Source: an uncultured Nitrososphaerota archaeon (GTDB lineage Archaea; Thermoproteota; Nitrososphaeria; Nitrososphaerales; Gagatemarchaeaceae). From it: DNA of 64,000 nt. The translations under genes were made by a program, and so were the position numbers. Positions 39,488 through 48,907 of the stretch are shown here, one piece after another. The notes beneath the pieces were generated by a model. That model was not told where the DNA came from and did no database searches. It saw only the letters and a program-made list of their open reading frames with translations. The first letter of the stretch is position 1, and every line of letters begins with the position of its first letter. The stretch lies in the NCBI GenBank assembly GCA_963838925.1, contig CAWISW010000003.1:480001-544000 (forward strand), written 5' to 3'.

Positions 39488-39952
39488 ATGTCGCTGAAGA
39501 TCGGGACCCTGAGCATCGGAAGCAAGGCCTTCGAGCAGCACGGCAAGATCCCGCGGCAATACTCCGCGGACGGCGGAAACAAGTCGCCCCCGCTCACGTG
39601 GGACGGAGTCCCTCAAGGGACCAGACAGCTGGCGCTGGTCTGCCACGACCCAGACGCACCCATGCCAAACGGATTCACGCACTGGGTCCTCTACGGAATC
39701 CCTCCTGACGCGAAGGGCATCCCTGAGGGCGGGGGCAGCAGCTTCGTCCAGGGGCGCAACGGCATGGGCAAGCAAGGCTACTTCGGACCCGCGCCTCCTC
39801 CGGGGCACGGGGTGCACCACTACTACTTCTGGCTCTACGCGCTCGGCGAAGGCCCAGAACTGGAGCCGGACCTGAGCCGCGAAGAGCTCTTGGAAGCCAT
39901 CGCCGGTCGGGTCCTCGCCCAGGCACGGCTTGTCGGGGTCTACGAGCGCTAG
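39488..39952 (+). CDS. YbhB/YbcL (PEBP) family protein
   Basis: SPPLTW, HDPDAP, FTHWV, GPAPPPGHGVHHY. Confidence 0.93.
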   Translation: MSLKIGTLSIGSKAFEQHGKIPRQYSADGGNKSPPLTWDGVPQGTRQLALVCHDPDAPMPNGFTHWVLYGIPPDAKGIPEGGGSSFVQGRNGMGKQGYFGPAPPPGHGVHHYYFWLYALGEGPELEPDLSREELLEAIAGRVLAQARLVGVYER

Positions 39953-39991
39953 GCCCGCCGGCTCCAAAGGCGCCCGGCTTCAGCTAGTTTA

Positions 39992-41116
39992 TTGGACGGC
40001 GCTCCCCCCGGAGCTAGTTTGCCGCAGAAGAACAGGCTGGAGCGGATCTTCGAGAACGCCCGCGAGGGTCTCGACGCCGTATGCATCGTCAACGGGAGCC
40101 ACCCCGACCCGAACTTCTTCTACGTCTCCGGCTACAGGAGCGGCCTCTTCGAGGGCAACATGCTCTTCTTGTTCCCCGACATGCACGTCGAGGTGCTCAC
40201 CAACCCCCTCGAAGAGGAGGCCGCGAGGCAGAGGCGCGACTACACCATCCACGTCGAGAAGGCCTACACCCCTTCAGGACGCCGGCAGGCGGTGTCCTCC
40301 ATCCTCAAGGGATGCAAGCGCGTCGGCATCAACTTCCAGGGCGTCTCGCACAAGGACTTCTTGGGGCTCCAAGCGACGCTCTCCTCGAAGAAGCTCGTCG
40401 ACGTGTCCGACGCCCTGATGGAGGCGAGGCTTGTGAAGGACCCGGACGAGCTCGAGGCGCTCTCGGGGGCCGCGAGGATCATCTCGAAGGTGGTCGACGA
40501 AGTGCCCGGGCTCTTGAAGGCTGGGATGACCGAGAAGGCGCTCAAGGCCGAGATAGACTACGCGATGGTCAAGGAGGGAGCGGACTCCCCCTCGTTCGAG
40601 AGCATCGTCGCCTTTGGGGAGAACTCAGCGATCCCCCACTACTCTGCGGGAGCGAGGCGCCTCAGCAAGGGAGACAACGTCCTCGTCGACGTGGGCGCGC
40701 GGTACCGCCTCTACTGCTCCGACATCACCAGGACGTTCTTCTTCGGCCGCGCCTCCCCGTCGCAGAGGGAGGTCTACTCCAAGGTCCTCGAGGCGCAGAC
40801 GAAGGCGTTGGAGGGGGTCAGAGAGGGCGTCAGCGGCAGGGCGGTCCACCAGATAGCGGCAAGGGTGATCGACGGGAGCAAGTTCAAGGGGAGATTCACC
40901 CACGGCCTCGGCCACTCCCTGGGCCTGGAGGTCCACGACGGCGTCGGGCTGACCCTGCGGAATACGCGCAAGCTGGCGCGTAACATGGTCTTGACGGTCG
41001 AGCCGGGGATATACCTCCCAGGGAAGGGAGGCGTCCGTATCGAGGACGACGTCGTGGTCACCAAGGATTCCTGCAGGCCGCTGACGACATCACCGAAGGC
41101 CCTTCTCGAGGTTTAG
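39992..41116 (+). CDS. Xaa-Pro aminopeptidase (M24B)
   Basis: PHY, DVGA, SDITRT, HGLGHSLGLEVHD, EPGIY, RIEDD. Confidence 0.94.
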   Translation: MDGAPPGASLPQKNRLERIFENAREGLDAVCIVNGSHPDPNFFYVSGYRSGLFEGNMLFLFPDMHVEVLTNPLEEEAARQRRDYTIHVEKAYTPSGRRQAVSSILKGCKRVGINFQGVSHKDFLGLQATLSSKKLVDVSDALMEARLVKDPDELEALSGAARIISKVVDEVPGLLKAGMTEKALKAEIDYAMVKEGADSPSFESIVAFGENSAIPHYSAGARRLSKGDNVLVDVGARYRLYCSDITRTFFFGRASPSQREVYSKVLEAQTKALEGVREGVSGRAVHQIAARVIDGSKFKGRFTHGLGHSLGLEVHDGVGLTLRNTRKLARNMVLTVEPGIYLPGKGGVRIEDDVVVTKDSCRPLTTSPKALLEV

Positions 41117-41198
41117 AGGGAGCCTCCGGACGGGGGCTGAACGCGACGCAGCACTAGAAGCTCATTTATCCCGGTATCGCCCTGACGCAAGCAATCAG

Positions 41199-41423
41199 AT
41201 GGCTAGCTGCCGACTCTGCAAGAGGGAATGCGCGCAATCCTCGGACTTTTGCAGATACCATCTCACCGCCAAACGGAATCTGGAGTCTGGCTACAAGAAG
41301 TGGAGCGACGCCTATGGGGGCATGGCCTGGAAGGAGTATCTCAGGAAGGTCGGGCAGAACAAGGAGACAGGGCAGTGGGCAAAGGAAGTCGCGGAGATGC
41401 TCTCGAAGGAGCCCGAAGCGTGA
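41199..41423 (+). CDS. small Cys/His hypothetical protein (putative Zn finger)
   Basis: CRLC...FCRYH; TTTATC TATA-like element upstream. Confidence 0.7.
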   Translation: MASCRLCKRECAQSSDFCRYHLTAKRNLESGYKKWSDAYGGMAWKEYLRKVGQNKETGQWAKEVAEMLSKEPEA

Positions 41424-41432
41424 AGCCGACTA

Positions 41433-41972
41433 TCAAGGAATGAGTACCGCTGCGGCGACCACGGACGTCCAAAGGCCCGACTTGTCTCCCTCGGCGGACT
41501 GTGAGACGTTCGAGGTCCTGATGATCAGCCCGCTTGACTTGAAGAGCTGCTTCCTCTCGTCCCAAGCCTTCGCGGAGTCGAAGGAGATTCCCATCGTCGT
41601 GGCCAGCATCGTGGCCGCGAGGTCCTCAGCGTAGTCTCCCGCGGTCTCCTCGGTCTGCCCGTAGGCGTGGTGCTCCGAGATGTAGCCGTAGGTCTTCGTG
41701 GAAGGGATAGCCAAGCCGACGGACGCGGCGATCAGCCTGTTAGGCTCCCGAGTGGCGTTCCTGGCGAGCATGACGAAGGTCACCTCTCCGGGCGTCAGCA
41801 TCTTTCTGCCCTTCTCCCTGGGGATGACCTTGGCGCCAGCGGGCACAATGCTCGAGACCTGGACCAGGTTGCAGTGCTGTATTCCCGCATCTCGAAGCGC
41901 CAGCTCGAACGACTGGAGCTTCTCCTTGTGTTTGCCGACACCATTGGTGAGGAAGAGGCGTCTTGGAATCAA
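41433..41972 (-). CDS. pdaD: pyruvoyl-dependent arginine decarboxylase
   Basis: [21 protein letters not shown] (Ser-Ser cleavage site), YGYISEHH. Confidence 0.93.
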   Translation of the reverse strand: MIPRRLFLTNGVGKHKEKLQSFELALRDAGIQHCNLVQVSSIVPAGAKVIPREKGRKMLTPGEVTFVMLARNATREPNRLIAASVGLAIPSTKTYGYISEHHAYGQTEETAGDYAEDLAATMLATTMGISFDSAKAWDERKQLFKSSGLIIRTSNVSQSAEGDKSGLWTSVVAAAVLIP

Positions 41973-42033
41973 CGTTTACTCCGCAAATCAACCGGTCGAG
42001 TATCGGACATTTTAGTCCTTCTGAAGGCCCGCG

Positions 42034-43650
42034 TCAGCCGCGATTCTTTCTGCCTTCCGCCCACTCCTTGGCAATTTCGACCTCGGGCGGCCTCTCTGTC
42101 GCGATGGCGACACTGCCGATGTAAACGTCGCCCGTGTTCCCGTCTATGGATACGAGCTCCCCCTCGGGAACTGCCCGTGACGCGATTGCGATCGCCCTCT
42201 TATCGCTGGATATCGACAGACCGCCACATCCGACAACGCAGACCTTGTCCATGTGCCTGGCGAGCAGCGCGGCGTGAGACGTCTTGCCGCCCAGCGCCGT
42301 GAGCACGCCGCTGCAAACCGCCATCGAGGACACGTCGCTCGTCGCGATGGTCCTCCTGACCATGATCACGGAATCGCCCGCCTCTGACATACGCTTCGCC
42401 CCTTCGTAGTCGACGGCGACCCGCCCCACCGCTACCCCGTGGCCCGCGGGCATGCCCTTCGCCACGGGTTGCTGCTCCGGCCTCCGAACCACGACCGTCC
42501 GCTTGATGGAGTCAAGGTCCAGGCCTTCCAACCGTCCGAGGGCGGTGTCCTGGTCGATGATCCCCTCCCTGACCAGGTCCACGGCTATCTTGACCGCGGC
42601 CCACGACGTCCGCTTTCCGTCCCTGCACTGCAACAGAAACAGCTTGCCTTCCTGGACTGTGAACTCCATGTCCTGCATGTCCTTGAACTCGGCTTCTAGG
42701 GTCGAGCCTATCGTCTGAAGCTCGGAATACACCATGGGCTGGACCAGGTTCAACCTCGCCGTCCCGTTCAGCGCCCGGGTGCCGGAGACTACGTCCTCTC
42801 CTTGCGCGTTGAAGAGGAAATCAAGATAGAACTGCTTCTCGCCCGTCGCCGGGTCTCTGGTGAAAGCGACTCCTGACCCAGACGTGGCTCCCATGTTCCC
42901 GTAGACCATCCTCTCGACGATCACAGCCGTCCCGTCAACGCCTCGGATGTCCTGGAGCCTACGGTATTCCGAGGCCCTCGTACCTCCCCAGGAGCGGAAG
43001 ACTGCCTTCACCGACTCCAACAGCTGGTCCATCGGCTCTTGGGGGAATGGCTCGCCCGCCTCGTCTTTGAACACCTTCAGGTAGTCGCTCACAAGGTTCC
43101 TCATCGAGAGCGCGTCGAGGTCAGCCCTCCTCTCCACGTGCTGCCTGTCGAGGTATTCCTTCGCTATATCATCGAACCTGTGGCCGCCATAGGAGCGGAT
43201 GACCTCAGCGTAGGTCTGTATCAGCCGCCGATAGGAGTCCCACACCAGGTTCGGGTTGCCCGTCATTCGTATCATCTCGCTCGCCGTCGAATCGCACATG
43301 CCGACGTCGAGAACCGTGTCCATCATGCCCGGCATGGAGACGGCGGCGCTCGAGCGAACCGAGACGAGCAGCGGCCTGCGCCCGCCGAACCCTAGGCCCG
43401 TCGAGTTCTCGAGGTTCTCCAGCCTACTCCTGATGGCTCGCACAAGCTCGTCGGGCAGGCCTCCCGTCGAAGCGCACTCCTCGCAAGCCTGGGCGCCTAT
43501 CACGAACCCGTCGGGAACTGGCAGCCCCAACCTCGCCATCCTCATCAGGTTCAACCCCTTCAGCCCCACCTCCTGCACGCCGGGCAGCTGTCCGGACGCG
43601 GAGGCGATCGGGAAGACGCTCGCGCTGTTTCTGCTTGCGGAGCTCTGCAT
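42034..43650 (-). CDS. truncated pyruvate phosphate dikinase-like protein (ATP-grasp + phospho-His domain, no pyruvate-binding barrel)
   Basis: ATG 43650 coupled to the upstream stop (TGATG); LLVSVRS, SMPGMMDTVL, GVAFTRDP, QGEDVVSG, GGKTSHAA; 538 aa. Confidence 0.9.
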   Translation of the reverse strand: MQSSASRNSASVFPIASASGQLPGVQEVGLKGLNLMRMARLGLPVPDGFVIGAQACEECASTGGLPDELVRAIRSRLENLENSTGLGFGGRRPLLVSVRSSAAVSMPGMMDTVLDVGMCDSTASEMIRMTGNPNLVWDSYRRLIQTYAEVIRSYGGHRFDDIAKEYLDRQHVERRADLDALSMRNLVSDYLKVFKDEAGEPFPQEPMDQLLESVKAVFRSWGGTRASEYRRLQDIRGVDGTAVIVERMVYGNMGATSGSGVAFTRDPATGEKQFYLDFLFNAQGEDVVSGTRALNGTARLNLVQPMVYSELQTIGSTLEAEFKDMQDMEFTVQEGKLFLLQCRDGKRTSWAAVKIAVDLVREGIIDQDTALGRLEGLDLDSIKRTVVVRRPEQQPVAKGMPAGHGVAVGRVAVDYEGAKRMSEAGDSVIMVRRTIATSDVSSMAVCSGVLTALGGKTSHAALLARHMDKVCVVGCGGLSISSDKRAIAIASRAVPEGELVSIDGNTGDVYIGSVAIATERPPEVEIAKEWAEGRKNRG

Positions 43651-45632
43651 CAAGATCCTATCATCTCCTCCAAGACGTAGTCTTTGAGGACGAGCGCGGA
43701 CCTCATCAAGGAGTCGGTCGAGTCTTCTATGTCCTCGGATATCTCTGACAGCGCGTGCAGCTGCCTGAAGTTCTTCGACTTGCTCAGAAGCGCCGCGATA
43801 ACGAGCCGAAGCCCGTCGTCCGCCTCGTGCTCCATCCCGAGCACGTCGTTGATCGCCTCGAGGAACTCCTCCATGTCCTCTCTTGAGCTCCACCTGCGGA
43901 TTCCCTTCGCGTTCTCCAATGCCCTCATGTGCGCCGACGCGCAACGAGACGCAGAATCCACGAGCGAGCTTATGGGCTCGAAGAAGTCGTCGGAGAGGTC
44001 ATCGCTCGACGTCAGGGTCAACAGAAACACGGCCTGCTCCAAGGAGTCCGCCGCGTCATCGGAGTAGCTCAGCATCCTCTCAAACGACTGCGAGGCGTGC
44101 GTCTTCTTGACTATCAGGCGAGTCTTGTTGAGGAGCGCGTCAGCCTCCGTCTCCCATCGTTTGGCCTTCTCGGCGCTCGCCCTCAGCGGGTCTGGCTCTC
44201 CCATCCTCACCTGGGCCAGGCAGTCCCTCACAGCGCCGATCATCTCCGTGACCAACGTGGCGTGGTCCGCGGCAATCTCGAGCAAGTCCTCGTTGAGGCT
44301 GTGGAAGTACTTGGTGAGTTCGACCCGGACTTCATCTCTGATGAGGAACTCTGACTTGCCGCTGAGCAGGCCGTCCGAGCACGTCTTCAGGCAGAACTCT
44401 AGAAAGTCGGTAGCCTTCTCTGTCCCCAGAATCTCCTCTAGCTTGACCCCGTAGCGCGGGACCCCCCGCGCCCCTTGCTCGATTGCGCCGTAGACGAGCT
44501 GCGCGCCTCCCATCTTCAGGAACCCGCAGTGCCCGACGTCGTTGTCCGCCCCCCACTTCAACACCGCCACCGTGGCCTTGTTGTTGAGGAACTCCTTCAG
44601 CTGCTTCCTTGCCTTGTTCCAATCGATGAGGAAGACTATCCTCGAGCCGAGATACGCCAGGTACTCTCTCAGGACATCCTCGTCCGCCGCCACGAAGACG
44701 CCGATGCTGAAGTGATAGGTCTCGGACTCCAGCCCTCCCCTTCCTTCCCTCGAAGAGGTCTGTGACCACTTGACCTCGAACTTCCCAGAGAGGGATTGGA
44801 GGAAGAAGACCCGCTGCAGGTGCACATCGGTGTAAGTCATCGACACGGTGGTCCCCCTGACCTTCAGCACGATGACGTGCGCGTCCGTGACGCCGATGTT
44901 GTTCTCGATCAGGAGGGTGTCCCCCCGACGGGTCGCAGTGGTCTCCAGGCCGGGGTGGTCGAACTTCAGCCCCGCGGTCCTGTTCACCCCGCTCATGAAC
45001 GCCCGCACGAGCTCCCTGTCGTGGTCTTCTAGCCCGTAGACCCTCGCGCCGTCGACGGACTCTTGGTAGAGCGTCGCCTGGAGGGCGTTGATTGCCTTGT
45101 GAAGGTCCATCACCAAGAGGTGGACGCTGTCCTCCTTCTGCCGGTCTGCAGACGTCATAGAGTCCAAGAACTGCACGTCAACGGCGTCGTTCCGCAAGTC
45201 GTCCCCCTGGACTAGGGCCGCAAGCCTCATGCTGAATTCAGCCTGGCTCTGGGCGTAGTCGCCGCCGGCTGCCCTGACCGCCGCGATCATCGCCTCCACA
45301 TCAGCGACCACGCCTTGGAAGATGCGGCCGACGCCCTTGATGTCGTAGCGACCATCATCCAGCTTCCTGCTCCCTTCCACTATCAGGTCCAGGGTCGCGT
45401 CGTCGACGCCGCAGAGCAGCCTCTCCCTCTGCAGGTTGGAGAACTCCTCGCCGGGCTCGTCCGCGTGCCCCCGCGCAGACTGGAGCAGGGTGAGCAGGTA
45501 CTTCGCCCTGTCGTTCGCTGCCAATGCGTCGGAGACCAGCCTCGGAAGCAGCAGCTCGTCGATCCCAAGCTCGCGAATGATGCCGTCCTTCCCCCCAACG
45601 GGAGGCTCGCTCGACTGGGATAGATTCGTCAT
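43650..45632 (-). CDS. phosphate transport regulator-like protein (C-terminal PhoU/DUF47 repeats)
   Basis: AKRWETEAD, DDAADSLE, EHEADD...IEDSTD acidic helical motifs; N-terminal KFDHPGL, NNIGVTDAHV. Confidence 0.75.
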   Translation of the reverse strand: MTNLSQSSEPPVGGKDGIIRELGIDELLLPRLVSDALAANDRAKYLLTLLQSARGHADEPGEEFSNLQRERLLCGVDDATLDLIVEGSRKLDDGRYDIKGVGRIFQGVVADVEAMIAAVRAAGGDYAQSQAEFSMRLAALVQGDDLRNDAVDVQFLDSMTSADRQKEDSVHLLVMDLHKAINALQATLYQESVDGARVYGLEDHDRELVRAFMSGVNRTAGLKFDHPGLETTATRRGDTLLIENNIGVTDAHVIVLKVRGTTVSMTYTDVHLQRVFFLQSLSGKFEVKWSQTSSREGRGGLESETYHFSIGVFVAADEDVLREYLAYLGSRIVFLIDWNKARKQLKEFLNNKATVAVLKWGADNDVGHCGFLKMGGAQLVYGAIEQGARGVPRYGVKLEEILGTEKATDFLEFCLKTCSDGLLSGKSEFLIRDEVRVELTKYFHSLNEDLLEIAADHATLVTEMIGAVRDCLAQVRMGEPDPLRASAEKAKRWETEADALLNKTRLIVKKTHASQSFERMLSYSDDAADSLEQAVFLLTLTSSDDLSDDFFEPISSLVDSASRCASAHMRALENAKGIRRWSSREDMEEFLEAINDVLGMEHEADDGLRLVIAALLSKSKNFRQLHALSEISEDIEDSTDSLMRSALVLKDYVLEEMIGS

Positions 45633-45737
45633 TTGAACCCTCGAAAACGGGGCCGTCAGGCCATAAAAACGAGTGGGTCGGTTCTCAACATTGACAATCT
45701 GAAGGTATCTGAGGCGAAGATGAAGAAGACGACTCGC

Positions 45738-46268
45738 CTACTCAGCCGCGCTGGGCTGGTAGACGAGCGAGGTCTCGCTAGCGATGACCCCATCGAGCTG
45801 GGATATCTTCTCTATGCTTCCTTCCAGGATGTCCTCGTAGGAGTCGCCGCGCAGGGTTACGAGGACGTCCCATTCGCCGGGGACCACCAGCACCTGGCTG
45901 ACGTTGGGGACCTTCTTCAGGGACTCGACCAACTCGTCGAGGGAACCTTCCGTCCTGAGGAAGACCTGGCCGAGGAACCCGGCCTCTTCCGTCTCCTTGC
46001 TTACGTAGCCCTGGAACGGGACCAAGGAAGTCGTGGCTTGGATGCCGTCGATCTCTCTGATTTGCTTGATTGTCGAGTAGACCTGCTTCGGGTCGCTTCC
46101 CTTGAAGGAAACAGTCAAGTCGTACCTGCCCGTCGTCGCCGCATGCCAGTCGACGTAGTCTATGTCTTCGATGCTCTCCTGGACTTCGTCTAGCTTCCGC
46201 CTCTCCACCTTCGCGAAAAGATAGGTCGGGAGTGCGTTCACGGTCTTTGTTATCGACGCGGTTTGCAT
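45738..46268 (-). CDS. tandem Lrp/AsnC ligand-binding domain protein
   Basis: Two RAM repeats (TGRYDL...TTSLV; PGEWDV...SETSLV). Confidence 0.85.
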   Translation of the reverse strand: MQTASITKTVNALPTYLFAKVERRKLDEVQESIEDIDYVDWHAATTGRYDLTVSFKGSDPKQVYSTIKQIREIDGIQATTSLVPFQGYVSKETEEAGFLGQVFLRTEGSLDELVESLKKVPNVSQVLVVPGEWDVLVTLRGDSYEDILEGSIEKISQLDGVIASETSLVYQPSAAE

Positions 46269-46475
46269 TTTTCTCGGCGCTCTTGCATCGGGCCAGGCTC
46301 ATAAGAGTCGCCCACCTAGAACTGGATAGCAACATTGGGGCTATAGTGCTCGCATGAATAACAGAGGAGCGCCTTGCCTCGACCGGAGCGACATCGTGCC
46401 CAGGCGCTTGGGTTCGAGAGCCAGCCATCGACTGCGCTTATTAGTCGCCGCCGGACCTCGTCCGCAGCTTGCAGA

Positions 46476-46625
46476 ATGGCGTCTTACCACAAGCCGACGG
46501 ATGAGAAGGAGAAGAAGGGGCACAACCACCCGATCAAAGAGAAGTGCGGTCCTCACTGCCCCCGGAACGAGCACTACAAGGGTCCCGTGAAGAAGCTCAG
46601 CTTCTTGCAGAGAAGAAGGCGGTAG
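46476..46625 (+). CDS. small basic His/Cys-containing hypothetical protein
   Basis: MASYHKPTDEKEKKGHNHPIKEKCGPHCPRNEHYK...; host-like G/C-ending codons. Confidence 0.45.
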   Translation: MASYHKPTDEKEKKGHNHPIKEKCGPHCPRNEHYKGPVKKLSFLQRRRR

Positions 46626-46842
46626 CGAAGAGTCCGCGACGTCCCTTGGGAAAGATTGAAAGCGACTGACGCAATCTGAACCGCATAGGGTTGGTCGTCG
46701 TACTGCTTGCCCCGACTAGGAAGGCGACGCAAGGACCAGGAAGAAGGCGCGGCATCTCCCAGATCCTTACGAAGAGATCTGGCCGCGGTCCTATGGCTAG
46801 CTCGTGGTTCGACCATTATGGCTCAATCTTGGCTTGAAAGGA

Positions 46843-46858
46843 GTGGACCGGGGGACTC
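46843..46858 (-). repeat. tRNA-Ala 3'-end-like att remnant 1
   Basis: GTGGACCGGGGGACTC; reverse complement GAGTCCCCCGGTCCAC. Confidence 0.6.
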
Positions 46859-46981
46859 ACATGAATATTCAGGTGGAACTTGGACCTTTGAAGCCCAAAG
46901 CCCCGCTGTTCCCTACTGGGTCTAGAGCCGGAAATGACAAGGTTACAGATTCTAGCGGATCCTGTCCCAGAGGACCGTCCC

Positions 46982-47899
46982 TCAACCGACTTCCATCTTG
47001 GTGAACGCGTAGGTGCCGAGAAACAGCATGAAGAGAGCGAACCCAGCTATGACCGCGAAGTCTAGGAGCGGGGACATGAGATACACTCCGGTGAGGGCGC
47101 CCCTTATCCCGTCAACGCCGTAGGTGAGAGGGTTGACGAACTGGACCTGGTAGAGCACGGGTATGCCCTTGACCATGTTTATCGGGAACATGCCGCCAGA
47201 GAGGAAGAACAGCGGCATCTCAATCATGCTCACGAGGCTCATGAAGCCCTCCGTTCCCTCGATGAGAGCACCGAGCGTCAGACCGAAACCAACGAAGCTC
47301 AGGAAGGTGAGCACCATGAAGCCGAGCGCCAGCAGGAAACCGGTAACGCTGACGATGTGGAAGCCGAACCAAACGCCGAAGAGCAGCGCAATGGCAATCG
47401 TGAGCAGCCCCTGAAACATGGCGATGGTCATCGCGCCGAGGCTCCTGCCCATCATGAGCGAAGTGCGCCTGACGGGGGCGACCATAACCTCCTTCAGGAA
47501 ACCGAACTCCTTGTCCCAGAGAACGGTGACACCGCTGTTGGTGCCCGCGAAGAGCAGCCCCATGCCGATGATTCCAGGGACGACGAACGCAAAGAACGGA
47601 AGGCCCCCGAACACAGTTCCTGACGGGAAGAGCCTGCTCAGCGGCAACCCGAAGAGGATCATCCACGTGAACGGCGAGACAATCGCAGAGACGGTTCGAG
47701 TCTTCATTCGGAAGAATCGGATCAGCTCCCTGAGCCACATGCTGTAGATCGGCTGCGCTTCTAGGATGGGCCTCCTCCGCTTTGCGGCCCTCGTCATTCC
47801 GGTTGCGATTCCAACCTCAGCTGGTTTCTCCAGTACCTGCCGGGGGTATTCGTCCTCGGTGGCCCGAGACGTGTCTTCTGTAGAGGCAGGTTCTGCCAA
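46982..47899 (-). CDS. ABC-2 type permease (DrrB-like)
   Basis: Six TM segments; DKEFGFLKEVMVAP, FFLSGGMFP, NPLTYGVD. Confidence 0.93.
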   Translation of the reverse strand: MAEPASTEDTSRATEDEYPRQVLEKPAEVGIATGMTRAAKRRRPILEAQPIYSMWLRELIRFFRMKTRTVSAIVSPFTWMILFGLPLSRLFPSGTVFGGLPFFAFVVPGIIGMGLLFAGTNSGVTVLWDKEFGFLKEVMVAPVRRTSLMMGRSLGAMTIAMFQGLLTIAIALLFGVWFGFHIVSVTGFLLALGFMVLTFLSFVGFGLTLGALIEGTEGFMSLVSMIEMPLFFLSGGMFPINMVKGIPVLYQVQFVNPLTYGVDGIRGALTGVYLMSPLLDFAVIAGFALFMLFLGTYAFTKMEVG

Positions 47900-47901
47900 C
47901 T

Positions 47902-48906
47902 CTATCTTCCCCCTGACCTGACGCTTCTCCTCAGCCGCACATCCTTGGCGGCACCTTCGGCCTCCCGTATCGTCCTGCCAGTCAGTTGCACAAAGACATC
48001 CTCAAGGTTCGGTTCACGCTCGTCAACGGACGTAATCGCAAAGCCGTGTTTTTCCGCAAAGTCCACGAGCTCAGCTACCCTTCCCTCGCCCCGCTCCACG
48101 TCGAGCAGAACCCCGGTGCCGTATTCTTCCGCGCCCTTTATCCAGCCAAGCTGTCTTACTCTCTCCAGGAATTCAGCCCCCTTCTCTTTGGGGTTCTCTA
48201 TCCCGAGCGATATCAGATCCATGCCCACAGCTTCCTTGAGCCTTGCAGGCGTGTCCATCGCTATGATCTTTCCCTGGTCGATAATTGCTACGCGGTCGCA
48301 CAGGTAATCGGCCTCCTCGATATAGTGCGTTGTGAGCGAGACGGTCACGCCTTCGGTTTCCCTTGCCTTCTTTATCTGCGCCCACAAGTCCATCCTCGCC
48401 TTTATGTCGAATCCGATCGTCGGTTCGTCCAGGAAGACTACCTCGGGATAGGTCATGAAACCCCTGGCCACCTCGAACCTCCGTCGAACCCCCTCGGGAA
48501 GGTCGTGGAGCTTGACGTTCTCTTTGCCCTCCAAGTCGAGCAGAGCTAGGACCTCCTCTATCCTCCTCTTCCTGTCCTCGCTGCTCAGGTTGTACATCCT
48601 ACCATGGAAGTCGAGGTTTTCCCTGCCCGTAAGCCACCAGTCGCTCGAGCGGTCCTGAAAGACTATCCCAATCGAGTTCCTCACCTGGTCGCGGTCCTTG
48701 ACGATGTCATACCCGCATATCTTCGCAGAGCCCGACGTTGGGTACAGGAGGGTCGTCAGCATCTTTATCGTCGTGGACTTCCCAGCACCGTTGGGGCCGA
48801 GGAAGCCGAAGATTTCGCCCTTCTTGACTGCGAAGCTGACGCCATCAACGGCCGTGAAATCCCCGAACGTCTTGGTGAGGGCGACGGCCTCTATTGCCGC
48901 TTCCAA
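47902..48906 (-). CDS. ABC transporter ATP-binding protein (DrrA-like), degenerate signature
   Basis: Likely TTG start 48906; GPNGAGKST, LPEGV in place of LSGG, FLDEPT, TTHY. Confidence 0.92.
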   Translation of the reverse strand: MEAAIEAVALTKTFGDFTAVDGVSFAVKKGEIFGFLGPNGAGKSTTIKMLTTLLYPTSGSAKICGYDIVKDRDQVRNSIGIVFQDRSSDWWLTGRENLDFHGRMYNLSSEDRKRRIEEVLALLDLEGKENVKLHDLPEGVRRRFEVARGFMTYPEVVFLDEPTIGFDIKARMDLWAQIKKARETEGVTVSLTTHYIEEADYLCDRVAIIDQGKIIAMDTPARLKEAVGMDLISLGIENPKEKGAEFLERVRQLGWIKGAEEYGTGVLLDVERGEGRVAELVDFAEKHGFAITSVDEREPNLEDVFVQLTGRTIREAEGAAKDVRLRRSVRSGGR

Positions 48907-48907
48907 C

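Noticed and set aside
43651-43944. Extended N-terminus of the PPDK-like ORF
   Set aside because: Overlaps the PhoU-like gene off-frame; the coupled ATG at 43650 is more plausible
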